Below, one piece after another: positions 44,084 to 54,183 of a stretch of 64,000 nucleotides of DNA. Origin of the DNA: an uncultured Acidobacteriota bacterium. GTDB lineage: Bacteria; Acidobacteriota; Terriglobia; UBA7540. How positions within the stretch are numbered: position 1 is the stretch's first letter; each line of letters opens with the position of its first letter. The translations under genes were made by a program, and so were the position numbers. The notes below the pieces were generated by a model. It did no database searches and had not been told where the DNA came from. It was given only the letters and a program-made list of their open reading frames with translations. The DNA lies in contig CAWDSK010000009.1 of the NCBI GenBank assembly GCA_963804995.1, positions 192,001 to 256,000 on the forward strand, read 5' to 3'.

Positions 44084-44359
44084 TGACCCCCCTCCTGGTT
44101 GCACGGCAGGCTGGCGCATCAGAGCGAGCCCAGCTCTGCGATCCACGTTTCTGATCATGCGCCCGTTTTGTCGATTTATCGACAGCGTATCGAGTCCGAC
44201 CAAATCGCAGGGCTGCGCTCGCCCTGCGCCAGCCAGCCGAATACGGGGAGTAGTCAATGGCGCCCCTGCGGCGAGCCCCGTACCATCGGGTAGCGGGGCT
44301 AGCGGGTGCGCGTCTGCTTGCTCGGCGCTGTCGATGGCCGTCGCGGGTTAGCCAGCGCA

Positions 44360-44800
44360 TCAAGTCGGGGGATACCAGCCGCCCGGGGTGTACTTGATTT
44401 CCAGATGAGCCTTGAAGTCCGCCATATTGCGAACCAATTCGTCGATGCTCACATCACCGGACAAGCCTTGACGCCACACTCGTGGGCCGACCGTTCCTAG
44501 GACCAAGTAGTCAGGCGTGGCGGCCGCCGCTTGCCCTGCCGAGGCCTTTATCGCCGACTCAATTTCCGCCTGGTGCACGATCACCGTCTCGCAACTCAGG
44601 CAGAGACGGCACGTCTTGCGCAGAATCAAAAGCCCCGCTCCGTCCACGTGAATGACTAAAGGAATCTTACGTACCCGGGTTTTGGCTTTGCAGCCAGGAC
44701 AACTCGTCGCGCGATAATCCGCGTGGGGATTAAGCGCCAATGAATACCTGGGAGGCAACGCGCCCATGCGAGCTTTCTGTAGTTTGCGAGTCGATGTCAT
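44360..44800 (-). CDS. Hypothetical protein with two Cys-rich putative zinc motifs
   Basis: CPGC and CRLCLSC. Confidence 0.65.
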   Translation of the reverse strand: MTSTRKLQKARMGALPPRYSLALNPHADYRATSCPGCKAKTRVRKIPLVIHVDGAGLLILRKTCRLCLSCETVIVHQAEIESAIKASAGQAAAATPDYLVLGTVGPRVWRQGLSGDVSIDELVRNMADFKAHLEIKYTPGGWYPPT

Positions 44801-44951
44801 GAGCGGGCCTGCCCAGAGGAGCGAGCGCCGTTGTCCGCTTTCAGCTTGCCTGTTCAATCGCTCTGAAGATGTCGAGCGCCTTGTCCAGACCCAGACTGCA
44901 GTTTCTGGCAATCTTCTGCCGGGTTTCCCCGCGGATAACCTTGTTTGTTCA

Positions 44952-46067
44952 TTATTCCACCAGCCGTCGCAGGGTAAGAAATTTGAGCTTTTGCTGTGCC
45001 TCGGTCGTGGCCATCGGAGAGTAGTAATAGTACAGGTTTGCTTCCACCTGGGTGCGAGTACCCTGTGGCACCTGGAAAGTGAAAGTCTCCTTGCGGGTTT
45101 CTCCGGGGGCGAGGCGTGTATCGGACACCACTTTTGCGCCCTTGATGAAGGCTTGGGGCTCGCGCTCGATGGTCGTGCCTTTCGCATCGGCCACCGTACG
45201 ACGGAAGACGCGCTGCTCGTTGAAATGCGCGCCCCCATACGGATCGGCGCGCAGTTCCAGAATCAACTGTCGCATGGGAGAGCCAGTCGGCACGGAGTGC
45301 CCTGCGCCCCGGTTCGTGACCTCCACAACGACCTCCAGGCGCCCGCCCTCGTGCTTGGCGGAAAGCTGCGCGTGCAGGGCTTTCTCCAACTGCTGCATCG
45401 AGTGGCTCCCGGGAATCTGATGGAGATTGATGCCGGCGTCCGCGGTCCTCTGGACGCGTGGGTCCACGACCTGCCCTTGCACCTGGTACATGTGGCACGA
45501 CTGGCAGTTTTGATTCTTCGCGCCGTACTCACTCTTGCTCCATTCGGTATAAGTGGTCAGAACCGGGAACCCCAGCGAGTTGCGGTAATCATGGCACGAC
45601 GCGCAAATCAGCGCCGAAGTGTGCACCGCCGAATAGACCGTCCCGTGAGCGGGGGAAGTCAGGTCTTTCCAGGGGCCGCTCTTCACCAATGAATAGTCCA
45701 CCGTGGCCTTGGGGTTCGGCCCGGTAAGCGTCACGTCTCGAATGGAGTGGCAGTAATCGCAGGTGATGCCTTCCCAACTCACTTTCTTGACCAACGCCAG
45801 ATCACCCGTCGCGACGGCGATGGGGGAATGACAACTGAGGCAGGTCTTGCGGGCCGCGGCGCCATAATCCGTCTCCGCTACCTTCATGGCATCTTGAAAC
45901 AGCCGGCTCTCCACCGCCTGGGAATGGGCGGATTGCTTCCAGCCGTCTTCGATGGCGCGGTGACAATCACCGCAAAACTCGGCGCTGCTGGGGACGGAAA
46001 GTTCCGCAGACCAACCCAGGGATGGAAGAAAGAGCAAAAATGAGATCAGGCAGACCCTGATAGTCAA
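44952..46067 (-). CDS. Periplasmic pentaheme c-type cytochrome (c554-like) with a C-terminal beta domain
   Basis: Signal peptide; CGDCH, CLSCH, CDYCH, CASCH, CQSCH; GHSVPTG. Confidence 0.88.
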   Translation of the reverse strand: MTIRVCLISFLLFLPSLGWSAELSVPSSAEFCGDCHRAIEDGWKQSAHSQAVESRLFQDAMKVAETDYGAAARKTCLSCHSPIAVATGDLALVKKVSWEGITCDYCHSIRDVTLTGPNPKATVDYSLVKSGPWKDLTSPAHGTVYSAVHTSALICASCHDYRNSLGFPVLTTYTEWSKSEYGAKNQNCQSCHMYQVQGQVVDPRVQRTADAGINLHQIPGSHSMQQLEKALHAQLSAKHEGGRLEVVVEVTNRGAGHSVPTGSPMRQLILELRADPYGGAHFNEQRVFRRTVADAKGTTIEREPQAFIKGAKVVSDTRLAPGETRKETFTFQVPQGTRTQVEANLYYYYSPMATTEAQQKLKFLTLRRLVE

Positions 46068-46373
46068 GCATCACCTCCTGCGAGTTTCGGAGGGACTCGG
46101 CGGTGGACTGGGGCTGGCTTCGGGTCAAACCAACCCGCACGGAGGGCAGATTGTACAACAGTTGTTGTTATAAGCAACTTCTTTTCCGGGTCGCAGCGAC
46201 ATTGTGCCCGTCTCGCTAAGCGAAATGTGATTGGATGAACCTCATCGCATTCCAAGCCGTGAAGGATTACTATCTTTACCGCCGAGGCGCTGAGACGCAG
46301 AGAAGGGCGTGTTGTTTTCAGTTCTCCGCGCCTCTGCGTCTCTGCGGTGAAACGTATGCGATAGGGAGTTGCT

Positions 46374-46769
46374 ATGGCAACCTTAGGATTAATAGAATAC
46401 GCCGACGCCAGTCCGGAAATTCGCGCCGTTTATGACAACATCATGGCGACGCGGCAGACGGATCGCGTCAATAACTTCTGGAAAGCGATTGCCCGCGATC
46501 CTGCCACGCTGCACCGCATCTGGAAAAGCGTGAAGGAGATCATGAGCGCCGGCGCGCTCGACCCGCTCACGAAAGAGATGGTCTATGTGGCGGTGAGTGC
46601 GTCGAACCAGTGCGGATATTGCATCGCCTCGCACACCGTTGCAGCCCGCAAGGCCGGCATGACGGATTCCATGTTTACGGAATTGCTGGCGGTGGTGGGA
46701 TTGGCGAATGAAACCAATCGCCTGGCCAGCGGCTATCAGGTGGAGATCGACGAACAGTTCAAAACATAG
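46374..46769 (+). CDS. Carboxymuconolactone decarboxylase/AhpD-like protein
   Basis: LDPLTKEMVYVAVSASNQCGYCIASH. Confidence 0.88.
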   Translation: MATLGLIEYADASPEIRAVYDNIMATRQTDRVNNFWKAIARDPATLHRIWKSVKEIMSAGALDPLTKEMVYVAVSASNQCGYCIASHTVAARKAGMTDSMFTELLAVVGLANETNRLASGYQVEIDEQFKT

Positions 46770-46800
46770 TGCCGCAAATCCCTCGCGGGTCGGGCGCCCA

Positions 46801-48189
46801 TCACACGGCAGGCTTTTCGCCGAAGTGCCGCCAGTGACGTTCAATTGCTTCCAGGGTCTTGCCTTTGGTTTCCGGGACGAAGGCGTAGCAGAATACAAAC
46901 GCCAGCACGCAGATGGCAGCGAAAATCCAGAATGTTCCCGCCGGTCCCGCGGCATGAATCAGCGAGAGAAAGGTTCCCGCCACCAGCCAATTCGCGCCCC
47001 AGACCGACAAGGTCGCAAGTGACATGGCCTTGCCGCGAATCTTGGTGGGATAGATCTCCGAGGCCAGCAACCAAAACACCGGGCCCAGGCCGATGCCGAA
47101 GGAGAGGATGTAGAGAATGACTTCGTAAAACACCACGGTTCCACTGGCATGGTACCTGAACGCTAGGCCCACCAATCCCAGAGCTACGGTCATTCCTGCC
47201 GTACCCAGAAGCAGCAGAAACCGCCGGCCGAGGCGATCCACCAGAACGATAGAAACCACCGTGATCAGGATGTTGGCCACGCCGATGATCCCGGCCGCCA
47301 GGATGGCAGCCTTTTCCGAGGGGTAACCTGACATGCGCAAGATCGCCGGCGAGTAGTAAATAATCGTATTAATGCCGGTAATCTGCGTGAAGATGGCCAG
47401 CACCACCCCGACGAATATTGCCACGCGAAACCCCGGGCGGAAGAGGCTGCCAAAACCTTCCTCCTCCTCCTGTAGGGCGCCCTCAACCTCCGCCAATTCC
47501 GTTTCGGCTTCGTCGCCGCGACCCAGCCGCCGGAAGTTTTCAAGGGCGCGCTCCCTGAATCCCTGGCGGGCCAGCCAGCGCGGGCTTTCCGGCAGGAAAA
47601 TCATTCCGATGAGCAGAATGATGGCTGGCATTACGGCGCTTATGAACATCCAGCGCCAATTATGGCTACCCGCCAATGCGTAATCGACGAAGTAAGCCAC
47701 GCCAATGCCCACTGTGATGGCCAATTGATTGAGTGACACCAGCGCCCCGCGAATTCGCGCCGGAGCCATTTCCGAGATATACAGCGGCACCACGAGTGAG
47801 GCGATTCCGATGCAAGCCCCCACAAAGAAGCGCGCTACCGAAAACGAAATGAGGCCCACGGCCAGTCCACTGAGCACCGCAAACAGGCCGAAGCCGAGAG
47901 CCGTCACCAGCAGCATCCAACGACGGCCCCAACGGTCCGTGCAGTAACCCGCCAGCGCCGATCCCACCAGCGCGCCCGCCAGCGCCGCGCCTACTGCAAA
48001 CTCCAGTTGCACGTCTGTCAGGTGGAAATCCGTTTGCAGGAAAAGCATCGCGCCGGAGATGACGCTGGTGTCAAATCCGAAAAGCAAACCACCCAGCGCC
48101 GCAACCCCTGCCGTAAGGATGACAATGGCACGGCTGGACGTGGTGCCGGGGATTTTACTTCCCATATCCAAAGTTGTGGGTTGATCCAT
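46801..48189 (-). CDS. Sugar porter family MFS transporter
   Basis: GGLLFGFD, DRWGRR, YISEMAP..RG, PESPRWL, QITGIN..YY, PETKGKTLE. Confidence 0.95.
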   Translation of the reverse strand: MDQPTTLDMGSKIPGTTSSRAIVILTAGVAALGGLLFGFDTSVISGAMLFLQTDFHLTDVQLEFAVGAALAGALVGSALAGYCTDRWGRRWMLLVTALGFGLFAVLSGLAVGLISFSVARFFVGACIGIASLVVPLYISEMAPARIRGALVSLNQLAITVGIGVAYFVDYALAGSHNWRWMFISAVMPAIILLIGMIFLPESPRWLARQGFRERALENFRRLGRGDEAETELAEVEGALQEEEEGFGSLFRPGFRVAIFVGVVLAIFTQITGINTIIYYSPAILRMSGYPSEKAAILAAGIIGVANILITVVSIVLVDRLGRRFLLLLGTAGMTVALGLVGLAFRYHASGTVVFYEVILYILSFGIGLGPVFWLLASEIYPTKIRGKAMSLATLSVWGANWLVAGTFLSLIHAAGPAGTFWIFAAICVLAFVFCYAFVPETKGKTLEAIERHWRHFGEKPAV

Positions 48190-48190
48190 A

Positions 48191-49088
48191 TTATTGAGCC
48201 AGAACTCCGTGCTGCTTGAGGAAGGCGAAAATGGCCTCCTGAACCTTCAATTGTTGTTCCGTTGTCCAGCCGCCGTGTCTTCCCCCCGGGACGGTATAAA
48301 GTTGATTCGGCACACCCGCGGCCGTAAGCGCTTGGTGCAGCCGGACTCCATGCTGATAAGGGACGGTGGGGTCGGAATCGCCCTGCGCTGTGAAAATCGG
48401 GGGCAGCCCGGGGCGTACGTAAGTCAGGGGAGACAGTTGCTTGGCTAATTCGAATCGGTCCCGCAAGCTGCCCAGCCACATGACAGCGTAATCCTTCTCA
48501 TTGGGCCCGGTGAGCAGGTCCGAGACATCGGTGATGCCATAGTAATTGACAATGGCGGCCACCTGGAGTTTCTCGGGGCCGGGGCATTCATTGTCGAAGC
48601 CGGCCTCCGGAGTCAACATGCCGGTCATAAGGCTCAAGTGGCCTCCCGCGGAGCCCCCATTCACCACAAGGTGGTTCAGATCGAACCCGTAATCCTTGGC
48701 ATGCTGGTAAACCCAGCGCAGCGCGCAACGGCAATCTTCCACCGCCGCGGGGGCGAGGGAGACGGAAGCCAAACGATATTCAACGTTGACCACGTCCATT
48801 CCTTCTGCCAGGAACGGAAGCGTGCGCAGGCTTGAGCCCTCTTTGCTTCCACCCACCCAGCCGCCACCGTGAATGTATATCAAGGTTGGGCGGGGTCGGA
48901 ACTTATCGGCCGCCGAGACGACGTTCCAGCTTGCATTCGAATTGGTTCGCTTTCTTGTAAACGATGTCGGGATGGATTTGGTATTCCACTCCCGTCTGAG
49001 TCGCCCACTTGGCCTCCGGGGAAAGTTGTTGCGCCCGCACCGGGATGCTCATAAAACCCAGCAGCGCAAGAAGTGCAAGTTTTCTCAT
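48191..49088 (-). CDS. Secreted alpha/beta hydrolase (esterase), +1 frameshift near 48924
   Basis: HGGGW, GGSAGG, GDSDPTV, H; removing one base gives KLDVVSAADKFRPRPTLIYIHGG. Confidence 0.85.
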
Positions 49089-49224
49089 TCGTCCCTCCTT
49101 GGAAGACTGACTGCTTGAAGATGGCGTATGACGATCCCCGATAGTCGATATGCAGTACAAACTTGTCCTAGTAGGGTGACGGCTTGCCGTCACCTTGTTG
49201 CACATTGCCTCGGAACCCATGTAT

Positions 49225-49833
49225 TTATTTCAACGCTTGGATGATCCTCTGGAATGCCACCATTCCGGGATCGTCTTTTCCGACGCTCTTCTCGCCGAAG
49301 ATCCGCGCCCGTCCCTGACGCGCCGGCTGGTTGCGAAACCGGTCAAGGCATTCGACCACGGCACGGTCAGCGGCCACGGCCAGCGCTGCGGGATCGTCCA
49401 GCCCCTGGGTGGCAGCGCGAACCGCCTCGATGGCATCGAGCACCGTCTTTTCGCCGAGTTGCCCGCCGCTGCGTTGGGCCATCGCCTGCAAGGCATTCCC
49501 CAATAGCGATGAGACCTCTCGCCACGGGACCTCTGTCCGCCCCTTGGTGGCTTTCGCGGCGTTCATCAATCCTGTCGCCAGCAGCGTGCCGTATGTCGAC
49601 CCCGAGAGTTTGGTGAAGGCCTGTGCGCATTTCATCAACGCCAGGCCGAGGTCGTCAGGCAAGTTGGGCAATTCGGCCTGGACAGCGCGCGCTCCCCGCA
49701 CCATGGTCACACCCAGGTCGCCGTCGCCAAGTTGGGCGTCGAGGGAATTCAATTCATCGGCACAGGCTTCGAGCTTCTGGATAATACGCTCAAGGGCTGC
49801 GCGCAAGACTGGAGTTGTCAGAGTCGTGGTCAC
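49225..49833 (-). CDS. dhaL: Dihydroxyacetone kinase-family L subunit (DAK2)
   Basis: LDAQLGDGDLG, GEKTVLDA, GRAR, DPG. Confidence 0.88.
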   Translation of the reverse strand: MTTTLTTPVLRAALERIIQKLEACADELNSLDAQLGDGDLGVTMVRGARAVQAELPNLPDDLGLALMKCAQAFTKLSGSTYGTLLATGLMNAAKATKGRTEVPWREVSSLLGNALQAMAQRSGGQLGEKTVLDAIEAVRAATQGLDDPAALAVAADRAVVECLDRFRNQPARQGRARIFGEKSVGKDDPGMVAFQRIIQALK

Positions 49834-50834
49834 GTCAGAATCCTCATGAACGGGCAATCGCAGGGAGCTTTCAACAGGGCTTCCAGTTCGTTGTCAAGCT
49901 TGCAGAACGTCAGCGACATCCCGGCCATTTCCATCGAGGTCGCATAGCGGCCCACCAGCGGCATGACGATTTCGACACCCAGTCCCGCGAGCTTTCTTGC
50001 CACGTAGCGATATACGATGTAAAGCTCTTCCGGCGGAGTTGCGCCCAGACTGTTAACGAGTATGGAAAGGCGGTCTCCGGCCTGCAAAGGCATATCGGCT
50101 AGCAGGAGCGAAAGCATTTCTTCGGCGATGGCATCCGCGGGCTTCAATGGCCCGCGGCGCACCCCGGGCTCGCCGTGAATTCCCATGCCGATTTCCATTT
50201 CCGTCTCGCTGATTTCGAAGGTCGGGCGCCCCACGGCGGGAACGGTGCAGGGGGTGAGGGCGACGCCTATGGAGCGGCAGGCATCCACGGCTTTTTGCGC
50301 CACGGCCGTCACCTCGTCAAGCGTGGCGCGCTGGTCAGCCTTGGCGCCCGTGATTTTGTACGCGTACACCAGACCCGCGACGCCACGGCGTTTCTGGCGC
50401 TCGGCAAGCGGGGCGCTCGCCACGTCGTCGGCCACGCGCACCGTCGTCGTGCGGATGTCCTCCATCTCCACCATCTCACCCGCCATATCGAAATTCATGT
50501 TGTCGCCGCCGTAGTTGCCGTACAAACGCAGCACTCCAGCCCCACCGTGGGCGGCGCGGATGGCCTCCGCCACCTGGTCCACGGCCGGGGATGAAAACAC
50601 GTCGCCAATCGCGCAGGCATCCAGCAATCCTTTGCCGACGTAGCCTGTAAACACCGGCAAGTGTCCCGACCCGCCGCCGGAGACGATTCCCACTTTGCCT
50701 TTCACGGGCCCATCGGCGCGCACGATCACGCGGCCCGCCGTGCCCGTTTGTTTGTAATACTGCGGATGCGCCAGGCACAGTCCTTCCAGCATCTCGTCGA
50801 CATATGCAAAAGGTTGATTGAGGATCTTCTTCAT
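49830..50834 (-). CDS. dhaK: Dihydroxyacetone kinase-family K subunit (DAK1)
   Basis: GGGSGHLP, NYGGD, RRGVAG, GMGIHGEPG. Confidence 0.92.
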   Translation of the reverse strand: MKKILNQPFAYVDEMLEGLCLAHPQYYKQTGTAGRVIVRADGPVKGKVGIVSGGGSGHLPVFTGYVGKGLLDACAIGDVFSSPAVDQVAEAIRAAHGGAGVLRLYGNYGGDNMNFDMAGEMVEMEDIRTTTVRVADDVASAPLAERQKRRGVAGLVYAYKITGAKADQRATLDEVTAVAQKAVDACRSIGVALTPCTVPAVGRPTFEISETEMEIGMGIHGEPGVRRGPLKPADAIAEEMLSLLLADMPLQAGDRLSILVNSLGATPPEELYIVYRYVARKLAGLGVEIVMPLVGRYATSMEMAGMSLTFCKLDNELEALLKAPCDCPFMRILT

Positions 50835-51063
50835 AAATTCCTCCGCGCGCAGAGTCTCGAATTTCCCCCATGAGGAGAAATCGATGTGTTACCTATCCGG
50901 GTTCCAAAGAGTGTGGAGTATACACCAGCACGTTGGGGGTGTGGGGAGCGTTCCGGTGAAAGCGGAAGTCTGCTTAATCGTGCGAAAACACGTGGCGCGA
51001 GGGTTGGCGCTTCTTTCCGCATTTCATATAGTAAAACACTCATATCGAGACTTGAAATAGCCC

Positions 51064-51093
51064 TTGACTTGGCCCGCGCACCAGTCATAGATT
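51064..51093 (+). promoter_or_regulatory. Sigma70 promoter giving a probably leaderless operon mRNA
   Basis: TTGACT-N18-TAGATT, 7 nt before ATG 51101, no Shine-Dalgarno. Confidence 0.6.
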
Positions 51094-51100
51094 ACCGGGC

Positions 51101-52129
51101 ATGTCAAACCTCATAAATTCCGTAGAAGAGCTCGAAGATCTGTTGTCGACACCCAGCCCCGAGGACATTGAAACCTTCCGCCATATTAAAGGAGACGTGC
51201 TAGTCATCGGGGTGGGAGGCAAAATTGGTCCCAGCCTGGCCCGGCGCGTGGGGCGTGCTCGCCAAGCCGCGGGTGCGAAGATCCGTGTCATCGGCACGGA
51301 TGTCCATTGCGAAGAGTTGGCCATGGAACCCCTGGAGCAAGCCGGGGTTGAGATCCGGTGCACGAATCTGCTGGAGCCTGATTCCTTTGCCCAATTGCCT
51401 GACGCGGAGAATGTCATCTTCATGGCCGGGCGGAAGTTCGGCTCGACGGGCGCGGAGAGCCTGACCTGGGCGATGAACGTTTACGTCCCGGCGCTGATTG
51501 CTGACCGCTACCGCAAATCCCGCATCGTGGCTTTCTCCAGCGGCAATATTTATCCCTTCATGCCGGTGGTTTCAGGAGGCGCCACGGAGGCTGTTACGCC
51601 CTCACCCATCGGCGAGTACGCCCAGTCGGTCCTCGGCCGCGAGCGGATGTTCGAATATTTCTCCGCCCGCAATGGCACGCCGGTCACGATGCTGCGGCTC
51701 AATTACGCCGCCGAACTTCGTTACGGCGTGTTGCTCGACATCGGCAACAAGGTATTCGAGGGCCGGCCCGTGGACGTCACCATGGGGGCGGCCAACGTGA
51801 TGTGGCAGGGCGACGTTAACTCCATCACGCTGCGCTCGCTGGCCCATTGCCAGTCGCCGCCCTTTGTCCTGAACATGACGGGGCCGGAGACGCTTTCCGT
51901 CCGCGCCGTGGCCAAACGTTTCGGCGAATTCCTGGGCAAGGAAGCGATTATTGAAGGTCAGGAAGCTCCTAATGCCTTGCTCAATAATGCCGCGAAGTGC
52001 CATCGCCTGTTTGGTTATCCCTCCGTATCGATCGATCAGATGATTGAATGGATAGCGAACTGGATCAAGATCGGTGGATGGACCCTCAACAAGCCCACGC
52101 ATTTCGAAACCAGGGACGGGAAATTCTAG
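51101..52129 (+). CDS. NAD-dependent epimerase/dehydratase
   Basis: GVGGKIG, MAGRKFG, FSSGNIY, EYAQS..GRE. Confidence 0.85.
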   Translation: MSNLINSVEELEDLLSTPSPEDIETFRHIKGDVLVIGVGGKIGPSLARRVGRARQAAGAKIRVIGTDVHCEELAMEPLEQAGVEIRCTNLLEPDSFAQLPDAENVIFMAGRKFGSTGAESLTWAMNVYVPALIADRYRKSRIVAFSSGNIYPFMPVVSGGATEAVTPSPIGEYAQSVLGRERMFEYFSARNGTPVTMLRLNYAAELRYGVLLDIGNKVFEGRPVDVTMGAANVMWQGDVNSITLRSLAHCQSPPFVLNMTGPETLSVRAVAKRFGEFLGKEAIIEGQEAPNALLNNAAKCHRLFGYPSVSIDQMIEWIANWIKIGGWTLNKPTHFETRDGKF

Positions 52130-53193
52130 TGACACAATCCAAACCTCTTTCCGTAGGATTTTTGGGCCTCAGCCACCTGCATCCGCGCAGTTACGCGACT
52201 CTGTTCCAGGCGATTCCGGGGACATCGCTCGTGGCCGCGGCGGATTCAAATCCAGCCGTGCTGGAAAGCTTCGCAAAGGATCTGGGCGTGCGGGGGTACG
52301 CAGACTGGCGCGAGCTGCTCCGGAAGGAACGCCTCGACCTGGCGTTGATTTTTCTTCCGCACGCTGATTGTCCGGATGCTGCCGTGGCCTGCGCTGAACA
52401 CGGTGTGAATGTGGTGGTGGAAAAGCCCATGGCCTCAAGCGCCGAGGGCGTCCGTCGGATGCTGGCCGCCGCCCAAAAGTCGGGCGTTCTACTTTCGACG
52501 CCCTATTGTTGGCGCTATCACCCGGTGGTTCAGCAGATGAAGAAACTTGTTGAGGAGGGCATCACGGGGCGCGTGGTAGGCTGCGAAGGCCGCTGCGCCG
52601 CGGGCCGGCTCTCCCGCTACATCGAGGGCCACGCCGGCTGGATGCTGGAGCGGGCGCGCAGCGGTGGCGGGCCCATGTTCAATCTCGGCGTCCACTGGAT
52701 CGATCTCTATCGCTGGTTGCTGTCTGATGAAGTCGCGGAAGTGATCGCGAAGAACGTGCGCGTCAACGAGAAATATGACATCGAGGACAATTCCTTTGCC
52801 TTGCTGACTTTTTCGCGCGGCACTGTGCTGGCTCTCGATATCAGTTACACCGTGCCGGACTCTTATCCCTTTGGACGCGACCTCTGCCTCGCCTTGCGCG
52901 GGACCACCGGCGTGCTGTCCTGGAGCCCGTCTTTTGAAGGCGTCAAGGAGCGCTTGTTTGTGTGCAGCGACTCCGGCGAATTCTCGCAGGCCGCCCGTCA
53001 GCACGTGGATTTTGATCTCCCCCAGCAGGCCGGCTACGCGGGTATCATGGGCCTGCGCTATCTGGTGGATCTGGTTGAAGCGGTCCGCGCGGGCAAACCG
53101 CCGGCCATCACCGGGCAGGACGGACTGAAGGCTCTCGAAGTTGTTGAGGCCATTTATCAATCGGCCGAGAGTGGCCGGAGTGTGAAACTATGA
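52129..53193 (+). CDS. Gfo/Idh/MocA oxidoreductase
   Basis: VEKPMA, GGG.MFNLGVH.ID. Confidence 0.88.
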   Translation: MTQSKPLSVGFLGLSHLHPRSYATLFQAIPGTSLVAAADSNPAVLESFAKDLGVRGYADWRELLRKERLDLALIFLPHADCPDAAVACAEHGVNVVVEKPMASSAEGVRRMLAAAQKSGVLLSTPYCWRYHPVVQQMKKLVEEGITGRVVGCEGRCAAGRLSRYIEGHAGWMLERARSGGGPMFNLGVHWIDLYRWLLSDEVAEVIAKNVRVNEKYDIEDNSFALLTFSRGTVLALDISYTVPDSYPFGRDLCLALRGTTGVLSWSPSFEGVKERLFVCSDSGEFSQAARQHVDFDLPQQAGYAGIMGLRYLVDLVEAVRAGKPPAITGQDGLKALEVVEAIYQSAESGRSVKL

Positions 53194-54173
53194 GCGCAGT
53201 GAAAGTTGTTGTCACCGATTACATCGAGCCCAACCTCGAATGGGAAACCAAAGAAATGGCCCAGCGGGGGGTCGATTTCCAAACCCATCAACTCAAGTTT
53301 GCCCCCCCCAGTGAGGTGGCGGCGGCCACGCGCGACGCTGATCTGGTAGTCGTTAATATGGTGCCGGTCAATACCGAGCTCATTTCCCAGTGGGAGAAAT
53401 GCCGGCTGGTCATCCGCCATGGCGTGGGTTACGACAACGTGGATGTGAAGGCGCTCGCGAAGGCCGGCATTCCACTCTGTTACATTCCAGACTACTGCCA
53501 GGAAGAAGTGGCGGAGCAGGCCATCGCCCTGATCATGGCTTGCGGGCGCAGGATCGTCAGCAGCCGCAAGGTACTCGATGATTCCTCCGCACGCGGTTCC
53601 TGGGATTTTGCCGACGTTGTGCCCATGTTCCAGATGGCGGGACAGACGCTGGGCATCATTGGCTGCGGGCGCATCGGGTCTCTGGTTTACAAGAAACTGC
53701 AATCCTTCGGCTTCAAGTTCCTGGTCTGCGATCCCTACCTCACCGCGGAACGGAAGCGCGAGCTAGGCATCGAAGTTGTGGACCATGAAACCGTATTCCG
53801 CAATTCAGACTTCATCACCATCCACACGCCCCTGACAGCGGAGACGCGGCATATCGTCAACTCCCGTACGCTGGGGATGATGAAGTCGACCGCCTATGTG
53901 GTGAACACGGCGCGCGGCCCGATGGTTGACGCGCAGGCGCTGGCCGAGGCGCTGAAGAATCACGTGATCGCCGGCGCCGGAATTGATGTCTACGATGTTG
54001 AACCGCCGCGGGCTGACTACCCACTCCTCGGCCTGCCCAATGCCATCCTGACGCCGCACCTGGCCTGGTATTCTGAGAACGCGGGCCGCCACATCCGGGA
54101 GCTGATAGTGCTGGAGATTGACCGCTTCCTGGCCGGACAACCCCCACGCTATATCGCCAAGCCCGTAGTTTAA
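53190..54173 (+). CDS. D-isomer-specific 2-hydroxyacid dehydrogenase (CtBP-like)
   Basis: RHGVGYDNVD, GCGRIG, NTARG, DVYDVEP, TPHLAW. Confidence 0.9.
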   Translation: MSAVKVVVTDYIEPNLEWETKEMAQRGVDFQTHQLKFAPPSEVAAATRDADLVVVNMVPVNTELISQWEKCRLVIRHGVGYDNVDVKALAKAGIPLCYIPDYCQEEVAEQAIALIMACGRRIVSSRKVLDDSSARGSWDFADVVPMFQMAGQTLGIIGCGRIGSLVYKKLQSFGFKFLVCDPYLTAERKRELGIEVVDHETVFRNSDFITIHTPLTAETRHIVNSRTLGMMKSTAYVVNTARGPMVDAQALAEALKNHVIAGAGIDVYDVEPPRADYPLLGLPNAILTPHLAWYSENAGRHIRELIVLEIDRFLAGQPPRYIAKPVV

Positions 54174-54183
54174 GAGGAACAAA

